A stretch of DNA of 64,000 bases. It comes from an uncultured Spirochaetota bacterium (GTDB taxonomy: Bacteria > Spirochaetota > Brevinematia > Brevinematales > JAOACQ01). The notes under the pieces are model-generated. The model saw only the letters and a program-made list of their open reading frames with translations. It was not told where the DNA came from and searched no databases. Position numbers and translations under genes: made by a program. The stretch covers positions 128,001-192,000 of the forward strand of contig CAVYGN010000001.1 in NCBI GenBank assembly GCA_963768055.1. The letters run 5' to 3'. Below are positions 1 through 9,722 of this stretch, one piece after another; the stretch's first letter is position 1, and every line of letters starts with the position of its first letter.

Positions 1-331
1 TCAATGCCAGCAATTCAAGGTCGCTTGATCCGGTATTGCTGATCGAATGCGTTTCACCGTTCCCGGTGACCATGACATCTCCCTGTTTTATCTCTTTAAC
101 GACGCCGTTATCATTTACAGTGCCGGTACCTTTTTGAATGATGAAATATTCGGTTTCATTCAGGTGCTCATGTGAACCGACGCCGGAACCCGGAGCTATA
201 GTCAGCCGGGCCAGTAAACGTGCGTTTTTCATGACGGGGCCTTCCACATAGTGCAGCAGGGAGACCGAACCTTCACCCCCGCGCATTTTTTCCTTTAGTT
301 CTTTTCGCATTTCCGATGGATGGATAAGCAT
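1..331 (-). CDS. Cupin domain protein (runs off the left edge)
   Basis: Hand translation from ATG at 331: MLIHPSEMRKELKEKMRGGEG...GVGSHEHLNETEYFIIQKGTG...GDVMVTGNGETHSISNTG. Cupin motifs HxH-x3-E and GD..H; GGGAGGA RBS. Not in the ORF track because the stop lies outside the window. Confidence 0.85.
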   Translation of the reverse strand, partial: MLIHPSEMRKELKEKMRGGEGSVSLLHYVEGPVMKNARLLARLTIAPGSGVGSHEHLNETEYFIIQKGTGTVNDNGVVKEIKQGDVMVTGNGETHSISNTGSSDLELLAL

Positions 332-359
332 AATAATATTTCCTCCCATATGTATTTGA

Positions 360-827
360 TCAGGAATTAAATTCTTCAAGCCTGCCTAAAAAAGAACCGA
401 TTTCCGATGCAATATCTTCAATTCTTTCTTTGAGTTCCGGCGAAAGGCCCTCGCCGTATTCCGCTTTTTTTATCTGGATTCCGGCTATAAGGACTTTTAC
501 AGAGAGCCCTAATCCCCGGTATAACTGAAAAAGTCCCGGAAGGGTCAGTTCGTGAGTCGAGAAATTCTCATAAGCGGACTTATAATCGGCTTCTTCCAGC
601 CTGAAGATCCTCAATGCGCCGGCTTCAAGCCCCGCATCTACAGCGTCGATCAAAAGGACTATGGGATATTCGCTTATTATATTAACAAGGTCCAGTCCGG
701 CCGCACCGAAATTAATAAATGCGAGATTTGTATTGCCCGGGAATTTTTTTTGAAGTTGGAGAAGGACTGATATTCCTATACCGTCGTCTCCCCGCAGTGT
801 GTTGCCGATTCCGATTACGCCTATCAT
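360..827 (-). CDS. Hydrogenase maturation protease (HyaD/HycI family)
   Basis: GIGNTLRGDDGIG, LLIDAVD and STHEL motifs. Confidence 0.9.
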   Translation of the reverse strand: MIGVIGIGNTLRGDDGIGISVLLQLQKKFPGNTNLAFINFGAAGLDLVNIISEYPIVLLIDAVDAGLEAGALRIFRLEEADYKSAYENFSTHELTLPGLFQLYRGLGLSVKVLIAGIQIKKAEYGEGLSPELKERIEDIASEIGSFLGRLEEFNS

Positions 828-833
828 GCATTT

Positions 834-862
834 ATTCTATACTATTGAACGAAATTAGACAA
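834..862 (-). promoter_or_regulatory. Sigma70-type promoter, probably giving a leaderless mRNA
   Basis: TTGTCT-N17-TAGAAT ends 6 nt before the ATG at 827; no Shine-Dalgarno. Confidence 0.5.
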
Positions 863-1027
863 TGTTCCATCAACCATGGGTTTAAGCAGCAGATTTTTCA
901 AAGATTTTACGTATGGAGATCCTCTAAGACACGCGAATAATGAAAAGAGTTATGGAAAATATGTAAGTGGATCTTAGCGTGACTTTGAGGAAGATTTTGC
1001 AAATTATATAGTTCGGAAATTTTATTT

Positions 1028-1056
1028 TTGACAAAACCGCCGGCTTGAAATAGAAT
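1028..1056 (+). promoter_or_regulatory. Sigma70-type promoter of the kinase operon
   Basis: TTGACA-N17-TAGAAT. Confidence 0.65.
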
Positions 1057-1102
1057 GTTAATTCAAATTGCTTACAAATTGTAAGTTATTCGGAGAATTT
1101 AT

Positions 1103-3745
1103 ATGAAAGGTCCGCAGGAGAAGGAGAAGGATCAGAACATAGCGGAAGCTTTTCTTAATAAAACGCTTACAGCCGGAGTGATCTCCGGCGATCTCAAAGC
1201 GGTTATCGCATCAATGCCAATAGCCATGGCCGTTTATGATAAAAATGCAGAAATTATTATTTCCAGTGAAGCCGCCGAAGCGATATTCTCACGGTTCAAT
1301 ATAAGTCTGGAATATTTTAATAAACCTGTTTGCCGGGCCTTAAAAGGGGAAACGGTAAATAATTTTGAAATGACTGTTATAGCCCATGACGGCGGGGAAG
1401 TGAGTTTATCGATAAATTGTGTCCCAATGTTTACGGATGAAGGTAAAATAGCCTGTACGATTGCAACTTTTCTGGAGATTACCGAATATAAAACAAAAGA
1501 ACAAACTATAATAAAGCTTAACAAGACCTTAAAGGCGCTCAGCAGGAGCAGTCAGGCCATGATGAGGGCTGTTGATGAAAAGGAATATTTGAACGAGGTA
1601 TGCAGGATCATTGTGGAGGATTGCTCTTATTCCATGGTATGGATCGGTTATTCAATGGAAGACGAGGGGAAATCAGTGGTCCCTGTGGCTTTTTCAGGGA
1701 TGGAAGAGGGATACCTTGAACAACTTAATGTAACCTGGGCCGATACTGAAAGAGGGAGGGGCCCCACGGGAACTGCCGTCAGGACAGGTAAAATAAGCTG
1801 GTGTTCGGATATGAAAACAAACCAGGCTTTCAAACCCTGGAAGGAAGAGGCTTTAAAACGGGGTTACGCCTCCTCGATCGCATTTCCTCTTCTTACAGGC
1901 GATAAGAGTTTCGGGGCGCTGACGATTTATTCTGACATTATAAATTCATTTACCAGCGATGAAATGGATCTGCTCGCGGAGCTGGCATCTGATTTATCCT
2001 TCGGAATAACATCTTTAAGGGTCAAAGCCGCACAGTTTAAAATTGAGGAAAGGCTTTTTTACCAGGCAGGTATTATCAACAACGTTCATGACGCAATAAT
2101 CAGTTTAGATCCGGATTTGAATATAATGGAATGGAACAATGCGGCGGAACAATTGTACGGATGGAAATCCTGGGAAGCTATAGGACGGCACATGAAAGAT
2201 GTTGTAAAGACGGAAATAAGCGAAGAGGCCAGGAAACGCCTGCTGAAAATTGCCGTTAACAAAGGCTCAATGATTACCGAAGCTGTACACCACAACAGGG
2301 ACGGCAGGGCGATTTTCGTAGAAAGTAATTTAAGCATAATCTATGACCTGGAAGGCAAAATTACAGGTTATCTGACAGTGAACCGTGATATAACCGAAAG
2401 AAAAAAAGCCGAAGATAGGCAAGCTTACCTTGCCTCATTTCCCGCCCAGAATCCCAATCCGATTTTCGAGATTAGCCTGGATGGAAACATTCTCTATGAA
2501 AACGATGCGGCATTAAAGATATTAAATACTGAAAGTAAAACCGGCGTTAAGGAAATATTCCCGGGTATCGATAATTCCCTTATCGAGGCCGTTATTACGA
2601 ATAAAATAATAAGGCGGGAAACCGAAATTAATGGGAAATGGTATCGGCAGGCGATACAGTATTTTGAAACCATACCGAATATCAGAATATATATGGTGGA
2701 TATAACCGACAGGGTAATAATGGAAAGAGAACTGGAAAAGGCAAAAAATGACGCTGAAAATGCAAATGAGGCTAAAAGCCGTTTTCTGGCCAACATGAGC
2801 CATGAATTGAGGACCCCTCTTAATGCGATCATCGGCTACGCAAAAAACCTTGGCGCCAGCGGCGGATTAACGGAAAATCAAAGAGACAATATTGAAGTTA
2901 TCGGTAAGAGCGGCGAACGCCTGCTCATGATGATAAATAACCTGCTGGATTTATCCAAGATCGAAGCCGGTAAAATGGAATTAAAAAGAAAATCTTTCAA
3001 CCTGCCCGATTTGCTCGAATCGGCTATCGATCTGATAAAAATCCAGGCCGAGGACAAGAACCTCGTCCTTGTCATCAGCATCGATCCGGACCTCCCCGCT
3101 TTTGTATACGGAGACGAGGTATGTCTGGAGCAGGTCCTTATAAATCTGCTTAATAACGCAGTGAAATTTACTAACGAAGGAAGTGTTACGCTTCGCGCGA
3201 AAAATAAGGGCAGTTCAGTATTATTCGAGATAGAGGATACGGGAATAGGAATAGCCTCCGATAAAGTTGAAGCTATTTTCGAGCCCTTCGGGCAATTAAT
3301 TGCTGATAAAGAATATGGAAAGGGTACAGGGCTCGGGTTATCAATAAGCCGCAAACTTGTAAATATGATGGGGGGCGATCTCTACGTACAAAGCTCTCCG
3401 GGAAAGGGCAGTACTTTCAGGTTCGAACTTGAGTTTGAAGAATCGAAAAATAAGGGTGCCAATCGAAAAATAAAAAGCAACGACCGGGTCATGGACTATA
3501 AATTTAAAAATGACGATAGTTTCATTATACCGCCCCCCAGGGAGGATATTGAAAAGCTCGTTCAGCTATCGAGGATCGGCGATATTATGAGTATAAGAAG
3601 ATGGCTTGAAAAGGAAAAAAATTCTAATAGCAGCAGATACGGCGCTTTTGTAGAAAAGGTTTATAATCTGTCAAAAAGCATAAAGATCGCGGATATAAGG
3701 AAATTTTTGGAGCGGTACATTGGGGAGGAAAATAATGAACTCTGA
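1103..3745 (+). CDS. PAS/GAF sensor histidine kinase
   Basis: GAF (GRGPTGTAVRTG), PAS domains, H-box FLANMSHELRTPLN, N-box NLLNNAVKFT, G boxes DTGIG and GTGLGL. Confidence 0.95.
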   Translation: MKGPQEKEKDQNIAEAFLNKTLTAGVISGDLKAVIASMPIAMAVYDKNAEIIISSEAAEAIFSRFNISLEYFNKPVCRALKGETVNNFEMTVIAHDGGEVSLSINCVPMFTDEGKIACTIATFLEITEYKTKEQTIIKLNKTLKALSRSSQAMMRAVDEKEYLNEVCRIIVEDCSYSMVWIGYSMEDEGKSVVPVAFSGMEEGYLEQLNVTWADTERGRGPTGTAVRTGKISWCSDMKTNQAFKPWKEEALKRGYASSIAFPLLTGDKSFGALTIYSDIINSFTSDEMDLLAELASDLSFGITSLRVKAAQFKIEERLFYQAGIINNVHDAIISLDPDLNIMEWNNAAEQLYGWKSWEAIGRHMKDVVKTEISEEARKRLLKIAVNKGSMITEAVHHNRDGRAIFVESNLSIIYDLEGKITGYLTVNRDITERKKAEDRQAYLASFPAQNPNPIFEISLDGNILYENDAALKILNTESKTGVKEIFPGIDNSLIEAVITNKIIRRETEINGKWYRQAIQYFETIPNIRIYMVDITDRVIMERELEKAKNDAENANEAKSRFLANMSHELRTPLNAIIGYAKNLGASGGLTENQRDNIEVIGKSGERLLMMINNLLDLSKIEAGKMELKRKSFNLPDLLESAIDLIKIQAEDKNLVLVISIDPDLPAFVYGDEVCLEQVLINLLNNAVKFTNEGSVTLRAKNKGSSVLFEIEDTGIGIASDKVEAIFEPFGQLIADKEYGKGTGLGLSISRKLVNMMGGDLYVQSSPGKGSTFRFELEFEESKNKGANRKIKSNDRVMDYKFKNDDSFIIPPPREDIEKLVQLSRIGDIMSIRRWLEKEKNSNSSRYGAFVEKVYNLSKSIKIADIRKFLERYIGEENNEL

Positions 3746-4853
3746 AGATGAAAGGGATACCTGTATATTGATCGTGGATGATGATATAGATAATGTAAAT
3801 ATCCTACTTGATTTCCTGGATAAGGCCGGATTCCGTACTATGGTATCGACGGATGGGGTTACCGCCGTGGATCAGGCGGTCCAGAACAAGCCCGATATCA
3901 TTCTTCTCGACGTTATGATGCCCGGTCTGGATGGTTTTGAAACCTGCAGGTTTCTTAAAAAAAACGAGGAAGTAAGAGACATTCCCGTGATATTCATGAC
4001 GGCTCTTACCGAGACCGTCAACAAGGTCAAGGGTTTCGAGGCGGGAGGAGTGGATTATATCACTAAACCGTTCGATGTTGAAGAAGTCCTTGTACGGATT
4101 AAGACCCATATGACGATCCAGAAACTTCAGCATCAAATCCTTGAAAAAAACCTCGAATTGAGGGAGCTTAACGCCAGCAAGGATAAATTCTTTTCGATCC
4201 TGGCCCATGACCTTAGAAATCCAATGGCGGTGTTTCTTTCGTTCTCAAAGCTTTTAAATAATATTGAAAAAATGAATAAAAAAGAACTGGCACTTTATAT
4301 TAAACAGTTCCAGGAAAGCGCAACAAATCTTTTCGCACTCCTTGACAATCTCCTGACCTGGTCAAGGCTGCAGAGAGGCCTGGTAGAGTTTTCCCCCAAG
4401 GCGTTGAAAATTTACACCTTAGTGAACTGGAATATTAAGCTGCTTGAACCTTATATATGGCAAAAAAAGATTGTAATTAAAAATTTCGTAGGAGATAATA
4501 TTTTTATCAATGCGGATGAAAACATGGTCAATTCAATCATCCGGAACTTGATTTCTAACGCAGTGAAATTTAACAATACCGGGGGAACTATAGAAATTAA
4601 AGCTGAACAGGGTGATTTAGATGTTCATATTATTATATCCGATACCGGAATCGGTATTGCTCAAAGCGTCCTGCCAAATCTTTTCAGGATTGATTCGAGG
4701 ACGAAACAGCCGGGTACAATGGACGAAAGGGGGACCGGCCTGGGTTTGATACTTTGTAAGGAATTTACGGAAAAAAACGGGGGGAAGATCTGGATTGAAA
4801 GCGAGCCGGGCGCCGGTACAATTGTGCATTTAACTCTGCCGTTGAGTGTATAA
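3735..4853 (+). CDS. Hybrid response regulator / histidine kinase (REC-HisKA-HATPase)
   Basis: ILIVDD, LLDVMMP, YITKPF receiver motifs; AHDLRNP H-box; GTGLGL. ATG 3735 follows a GGAGG RBS. Confidence 0.95.
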   Translation: MNSEDERDTCILIVDDDIDNVNILLDFLDKAGFRTMVSTDGVTAVDQAVQNKPDIILLDVMMPGLDGFETCRFLKKNEEVRDIPVIFMTALTETVNKVKGFEAGGVDYITKPFDVEEVLVRIKTHMTIQKLQHQILEKNLELRELNASKDKFFSILAHDLRNPMAVFLSFSKLLNNIEKMNKKELALYIKQFQESATNLFALLDNLLTWSRLQRGLVEFSPKALKIYTLVNWNIKLLEPYIWQKKIVIKNFVGDNIFINADENMVNSIIRNLISNAVKFNNTGGTIEIKAEQGDLDVHIIISDTGIGIAQSVLPNLFRIDSRTKQPGTMDERGTGLGLILCKEFTEKNGGKIWIESEPGAGTIVHLTLPLSV

Positions 4854-4854
4854 G

Positions 4855-6183
4855 ATGCTTCAGGATAATGAAAATAAAATTTTCGTCCTGGATACTAATG
4901 TTCCTCTTTATGATTATAACTGTATTTATAATTTCCAGGAGCATAGTGTTGTATTGCCTATAACTCTTCTTGAGGAAATTGATAAATTTAAAAAAGGTAA
5001 TGAAACAATTAATTTTCATGCCAGGGAATTTTCAAGGGAATTGGACAACCTTATCGGAGACGGAGAACTGCAGGAAGGGGTAAAATTGGCGAGCGGGGGT
5101 GAACTGCATGTTGAAACCGATACACGGTATGACGCTTCGATAAAGGACATTTTCTGGGAAGATAGTCCCGATCACAGGATCCTCTCGATAGCCTACAATC
5201 TTTCAAAAAAATACGGCCATGACAGGGTTATCCTCGTTTCAAAAGATATCAACCTGAGAATGAAAGCCAAAAGCGTAGGGATCCTTGCCGAGGATTACAA
5301 AACCGGGCAGATCAAAAACCTCGATGAACTATACACCGGGAAAAACATTTTTGACAATGCCGATGATGGAGTTATTGATACAATATACCGGGATGGCTCT
5401 CTTCCATTCGAAAATTCATTGCTGAAATGCGAACCTCTGCCGAATGAATTTTTTATCCTGAGAAATAATCATAAAAGCCTTCTGGCAAGATATATCGATG
5501 AAAAAAAAGAGCTGAGGATAGTCGAAAAGAGAAGGGCTTACGGTATTAAACCCCGTAATGCCGAACAGACCTTTTCACTGGAAGCGCTTTCAGATCCGTC
5601 CGTACAGCTTGTTACTCTTGCCGGTAAAGCCGGAACGGGCAAAACACTTATGGCCCTGGCTGCTGCGCTTGAGGCGAGGAAATTCTATAAAACCATACTA
5701 CTCGCCAGGCCGATAATTCCCCTTTCAAACAGGGACATGGGATATCTTCCAGGCGATATCAGGGAAAAGCTCGATCCGTATATGAAGCCTCTCTTCGATA
5801 ATCTTGCAGTGATCCAGAACCAGTTCGATGAAGGAACAGCCGATTATGAAAAGATAAACGAACTCCTGGAAGGCGAAAAACTCCTCATCATGCCCCTCGC
5901 TTATATTAGAGGCCGGAGCCTTTCCAAATCTTATTTCATTGTCGATGAAGCCCAAAACCTAACTCCTCATGAGGTAAAGACTATTATAACACGGGCCGGA
6001 GAGGGAACAAAGATAGTTTTTACAGGCGATCCCTACCAGATAGATACTCCTTACCTTGACGCAAGGAGCAACGGTCTTACATTCCTTATCGATAAAATGA
6101 AAGGCCAGGGGTTATATGCGCATGTGACTCTTGAAAAGGGAGAACGTTCCGAACTCGCCGAGCTGGCTTCAAATCTTCTATAG
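4855..6183 (+). CDS. PIN-PhoH family protein (PhoH2/YlaK type)
   Basis: N-terminal PIN (FVLDTNV, LVSKDINLR); Walker A GKAGTGKT; YIRGRS, DEAQN, TGDPYQID. Confidence 0.93.
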   Translation: MLQDNENKIFVLDTNVPLYDYNCIYNFQEHSVVLPITLLEEIDKFKKGNETINFHAREFSRELDNLIGDGELQEGVKLASGGELHVETDTRYDASIKDIFWEDSPDHRILSIAYNLSKKYGHDRVILVSKDINLRMKAKSVGILAEDYKTGQIKNLDELYTGKNIFDNADDGVIDTIYRDGSLPFENSLLKCEPLPNEFFILRNNHKSLLARYIDEKKELRIVEKRRAYGIKPRNAEQTFSLEALSDPSVQLVTLAGKAGTGKTLMALAAALEARKFYKTILLARPIIPLSNRDMGYLPGDIREKLDPYMKPLFDNLAVIQNQFDEGTADYEKINELLEGEKLLIMPLAYIRGRSLSKSYFIVDEAQNLTPHEVKTIITRAGEGTKIVFTGDPYQIDTPYLDARSNGLTFLIDKMKGQGLYAHVTLEKGERSELAELASNLL

Positions 6184-6252
6184 TCATACATTACACTTGA
6201 CGTTTTTAATAATTTATTTCAAATTTAATGCAAGATGGCGGGTGATAAGAAA

Positions 6253-7204
6253 ATGGATTTTATCATAGTAGAATTTGACACAGAACCAGGCAACCGGCCT
6301 GGAAACATCTCTGCTGTAGGGGCTGTAGCTGCCGGAAAGGCCGGGGTAAGTTTTTTTGAAATATTGAATCCCGGTGAAACGGCCGCAGGCGTCAGGTTTT
6401 TAATAGAAAAGTTTGACCGCTGGCTCCAGGAAAGTTTTTCAGAAAATCCCGTGATCGTTACTTCAGACATTAGAAGCGTTTATATGCTGCTTTCTCCTCT
6501 TTTTACCGGCAAAATTCTCGAACTTGCTTCGTTTTGCAATGGTCTTGGCAGGGATTTTGAGGCTTCCATAAATGATTTTAATATCTCTAAAAAAGGCGAT
6601 AATGCCCTGGCGAGGGCTTTTTATAAAACCTTATTATTTACCGGCCTTTTAGAAATTTACAATATGAGTACCGGCGGGACCGATTCCGGAGATTTTATAA
6701 TGAAAGCCTTTAGATTTGCCTTGCGAAAGCATGAAGATCAAAAACGAAAGTTTTCAGGAAGCCCTTATATAATTCATCCGGTAAGGGTATCTGAAATTGT
6801 ACGCAAACATGGGGGGCGACACTGTGCAGCGCGCAGCGGCTATTCTTCATGATACTATAGAGGATACGAAAACAAGCTATCAAGAGATCCTCGATTTGTT
6901 CGGACCTGAAACCGCTGAAATGGTCATGGCGCTCACGAACGATCCGGGCGAAAAAGAGAGACTTGGCAAGCGGGAATATCTTGCAAGGAAGACGGCCGCA
7001 ATGGGGCCGAGAGAACTTCTTGTAAAGCTGGCCGACCGCCTGGATAATGTTCGCGATCTTGATGATGAAAAAAGCGATTGGAACATGAATTATGCAGAGG
7101 AGACAAGGATAATCCTTTCACGTTTGCCTGCCGGTCTTCTTGAAGAAGCACATAAAGCAATTATCAGGGATATTAATGAAAAATTACTTGTTTATCGATC
7201 ATAA
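6253..7204 (+). pseudogene. Frameshifted fusion: exonuclease-like N-terminal domain + Mesh1/SpoT-type HD hydrolase
   Basis: ORF 6235-6852 carries KHEDQKRK..PYIIHP and ORF 6797-7204 carries AAILHDTIEDT and VKLADRLDN. Removing one G from GGGGGG at 6811-6816 joins them as ...RKHGGDTVQRAAAILHD. Could be a sequencing error. Confidence 0.8.
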
Positions 7205-7274
7205 TTGAATGATTATACTGAAAATGTTAAAATTGCTTCGGGATTAATGATTTTTTAGAATCAGGGGTTTTTTG

Positions 7275-7859
7275 ATGGGGAAAAGGATAGATTTTAAAAA
7301 AAAATTCAGAGAACTGGAAAGGTCCTGCAGGAGGCTCGAGGAATTATCGGTGCTTGACGAACTGACAGGGCTCTACAATCGCAGGGGATTTATGACGCTT
7401 GCAAACCAGCAGCTTGCGCTCTCCAAGAGAAGGAAAGAGTATTTTCTGCTCTTCTTTATCGATCTTGACAATATGAAAACTATTAACGATTCCTACGGGC
7501 ATAAAGAGGGCGATCGTGCCCTGATAGAAACATCCCGGATCATAAAAAGGACTTTCAGGGCTACGGATATAGCCGGCCGCTGGGGCGGGGACGAATTCGC
7601 GGTGCTTGCCATCGATTCCAGGATCAATGAATTTGACGGGATAATGAAAAGATTAAAAAAATACATTGACGATGCAAATTATAAAGCAGGTAAACCTTAC
7701 AAACTTTCTTTTTCTGTGGGGGCGGCGTCATATGAACAGGGACGTTACCATTCAATCGAGGATATGCTGGAAAAAGCGGACATCGACCTGTACAGGAAAA
7801 AGAGAGGTAAAAAAAAGGCCGTAGAAAGTCCAAAAAATAATTTAAACGCCGGTCAGTAA
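7275..7859 (+). CDS. Stand-alone diguanylate cyclase (GGDEF)
   Basis: DELTGLYNRR, INDSYGHKEGD, RATD I-site, RWGGDEF. Confidence 0.95.
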   Translation: MGKRIDFKKKFRELERSCRRLEELSVLDELTGLYNRRGFMTLANQQLALSKRRKEYFLLFFIDLDNMKTINDSYGHKEGDRALIETSRIIKRTFRATDIAGRWGGDEFAVLAIDSRINEFDGIMKRLKKYIDDANYKAGKPYKLSFSVGAASYEQGRYHSIEDMLEKADIDLYRKKRGKKKAVESPKNNLNAGQ

Positions 7860-8500
7860 CTTTTACGTCTTATAAAAATTAACACCTGGACAAACGACAC
7901 AATAAATAAAACGGCATAAATAAAAAAATAAGCGTAAGCCCCGTACATATAGTTCCTTCCGCCGGTTACAAAGAAATTCCAGAATAATGCATATGAAGCC
8001 GGCTGCATAAAACAAATCAAACAGTTTTCAATGATCATATCGCTATTTTTAAGATAAAATAAAATAATGAACAAAAACAATATAACGGGGATAATAAAAA
8101 TAACCGCCACCGGAAGAAGGGACGGCGAAGGCGGAAGAACAAGGTAGCAGATAAAAAGATATAAAGCATACATAGCCGCAAAGAAATATAAAAGGGACTT
8201 TTTAAGTATTACCGGCTTTATCCTGACAAATTTTTTTGCCGGCAGGAATATTATGAAAAGGAGCGGAGCTAGATATAAACTGAAAAGAAATATTAAGCCT
8301 CCGGCGATCAGGAACATGTCTTCCCGGGAGAAGATGGTTTTTATAATAAGGCGTGAAATCTGAACCAGGCTTGTCGCTTCGGAAAAATCGGAGAATAATG
8401 TAATGAACCTCAGAAATGGAAGAAAAAATGTTGCGATAAAACAAAAAAAGACGAATATCTTCAATAAATAAATTATGTCGGTATTTATTTTGCTTTCCAT
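7853..8500 (-). CDS. Hypothetical polytopic membrane protein
   Basis: About six hydrophobic segments. ATG at 8500 preferred because the longer start runs into heptamer repeats. Confidence 0.7.
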   Translation of the reverse strand: MESKINTDIIYLLKIFVFFCFIATFFLPFLRFITLFSDFSEATSLVQISRLIIKTIFSREDMFLIAGGLIFLFSLYLAPLLFIIFLPAKKFVRIKPVILKKSLLYFFAAMYALYLFICYLVLPPSPSLLPVAVIFIIPVILFLFIILFYLKNSDMIIENCLICFMQPASYALFWNFFVTGGRNYMYGAYAYFFIYAVLFIVSFVQVLIFIRRKSY

Positions 8501-8519
8501 AAAAACCGTCTTTCCCTTA

Positions 8520-8733
8520 CAGTCGAAAGCCAACAGTCGAAGGTAAAAGAGGCATGCCTGCAGACTGTCGACTCCCGACTATTGACTGGCTGATACGCCC
8601 CTTATTTTATTTCCGGGATTAAAAAAAATCCAGAAAACAGGCGGCGAATTTAGTAAGCTGTCGATCAGTCTATAGTCATGCTATCACCCATTGATTTCTG
8701 ATTATACTGCTGACTGCTGACTTGTGTCGACTA
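8520..8733. repeat. Inverted arrays of degenerate AGTCnnn/nnnGACT heptamers
   Basis: agtcgaa-agccaac-agtcgaa faces gactgtc-gactccc-gactatt-gactggc; a second set gtcgatc-agtctat-agtc faces actgct-gactgct-gacttg. Confidence 0.7.
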
Positions 8734-8735
8734 TG

Positions 8736-8764
8736 TTGACAATTTGTAATCTGGTGGTTAATAT
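8736..8764 (+). promoter_or_regulatory. Putative sigma70 promoter
   Basis: TTGACA-N17-TAATAT upstream of the 8788 gene. Confidence 0.5.
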
Positions 8765-8787
8765 AAGCAAAAAAAATGGGGGTTATT

Positions 8788-9684
8788 ATGGTAAGATTTA
8801 TTCTTTGTTTCATTTTATTCACTGGAGTTTCAATGGGTGATATTATACATGCAGGCGTAGTCTGGGAGGCGAAAATCCAGGATATGAATGCAAAATCCTC
8901 ATCGACAATCATTACCAGCAACTATGCAATGAAGGGAAATGTCAGGGAGGATTTTACAGATGTAAGCGACTCGAAGAACACGTTTTATAAAAAGGGAAAT
9001 TACTTTATCTATAAGGCAAGTACAAATATTGTTTACCTTGTCGATCCCGAAAAGAAAACTTATACCGAGCTTTCGATGGACTCCATCCTTTCAGCTATGG
9101 GCGCGGCAGGAGATATGATCCAGATCACTATTTCAAACCCGAAAGTAGAGGTTCAGAAACTGGATGGGGAATCAATTCTGTCGTATCAGTGTTCTCATAT
9201 CAAGATAAACAGTTCATATGACATGGAAACAAAAATTTCTTTCATGACTATAAAATCCCATATGGAATCAACAAAGGAATTATGGGGCAGCGGGCCTGTT
9301 TTCGGGAAGGAAATGACCGGATATTATATTTCTAAAGCATTCAAGACTTCATATAAAGACCTTGACAACCTCATACAAAAGCAAATGGCGGGATATAAGG
9401 ATCTTGGATTCATTCTCAAATCCGTTACGATAACTACATCGACGGATCAGAATAAAAATTCTCAGACAACGACGAATAATATGACTGTGGAATCAATTGC
9501 TGAAAAAAATTTGAGCCTGGATTTATTTAAGGTTCCGGCAGGTTATAAAAAAATCGAAACGGAAATAAACTCCGGACAGCCTTCTGAAACTAACAATAAT
9601 AACAATACTCAAAGCACTAATACCCAGAATACGAATAAGGAGAATAATATCAAACCTGAAGATCTCCTGAAAAAGCTATTTTAA
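8788..9684 (+). CDS. Secreted DUF4412-like protein with N/T-rich tail
   Basis: Signal peptide, YLVDPEKKTY, FKVPAGYKK, low-complexity tail ending LLKKLF. Confidence 0.65.
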   Translation: MVRFILCFILFTGVSMGDIIHAGVVWEAKIQDMNAKSSSTIITSNYAMKGNVREDFTDVSDSKNTFYKKGNYFIYKASTNIVYLVDPEKKTYTELSMDSILSAMGAAGDMIQITISNPKVEVQKLDGESILSYQCSHIKINSSYDMETKISFMTIKSHMESTKELWGSGPVFGKEMTGYYISKAFKTSYKDLDNLIQKQMAGYKDLGFILKSVTITTSTDQNKNSQTTTNNMTVESIAEKNLSLDLFKVPAGYKKIETEINSGQPSETNNNNNTQSTNTQNTNKENNIKPEDLLKKLF

Positions 9685-9722
9685 TCCCGGATCATATGGG
9701 CAACGGCCGGCCCGGAGAATTT

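Noticed and set aside
9580..9650. AAT/AAC-rich run as a DNA repeat element
   Set aside because: Simply encodes the Asn/Thr-rich linker of the 8788-9684 protein
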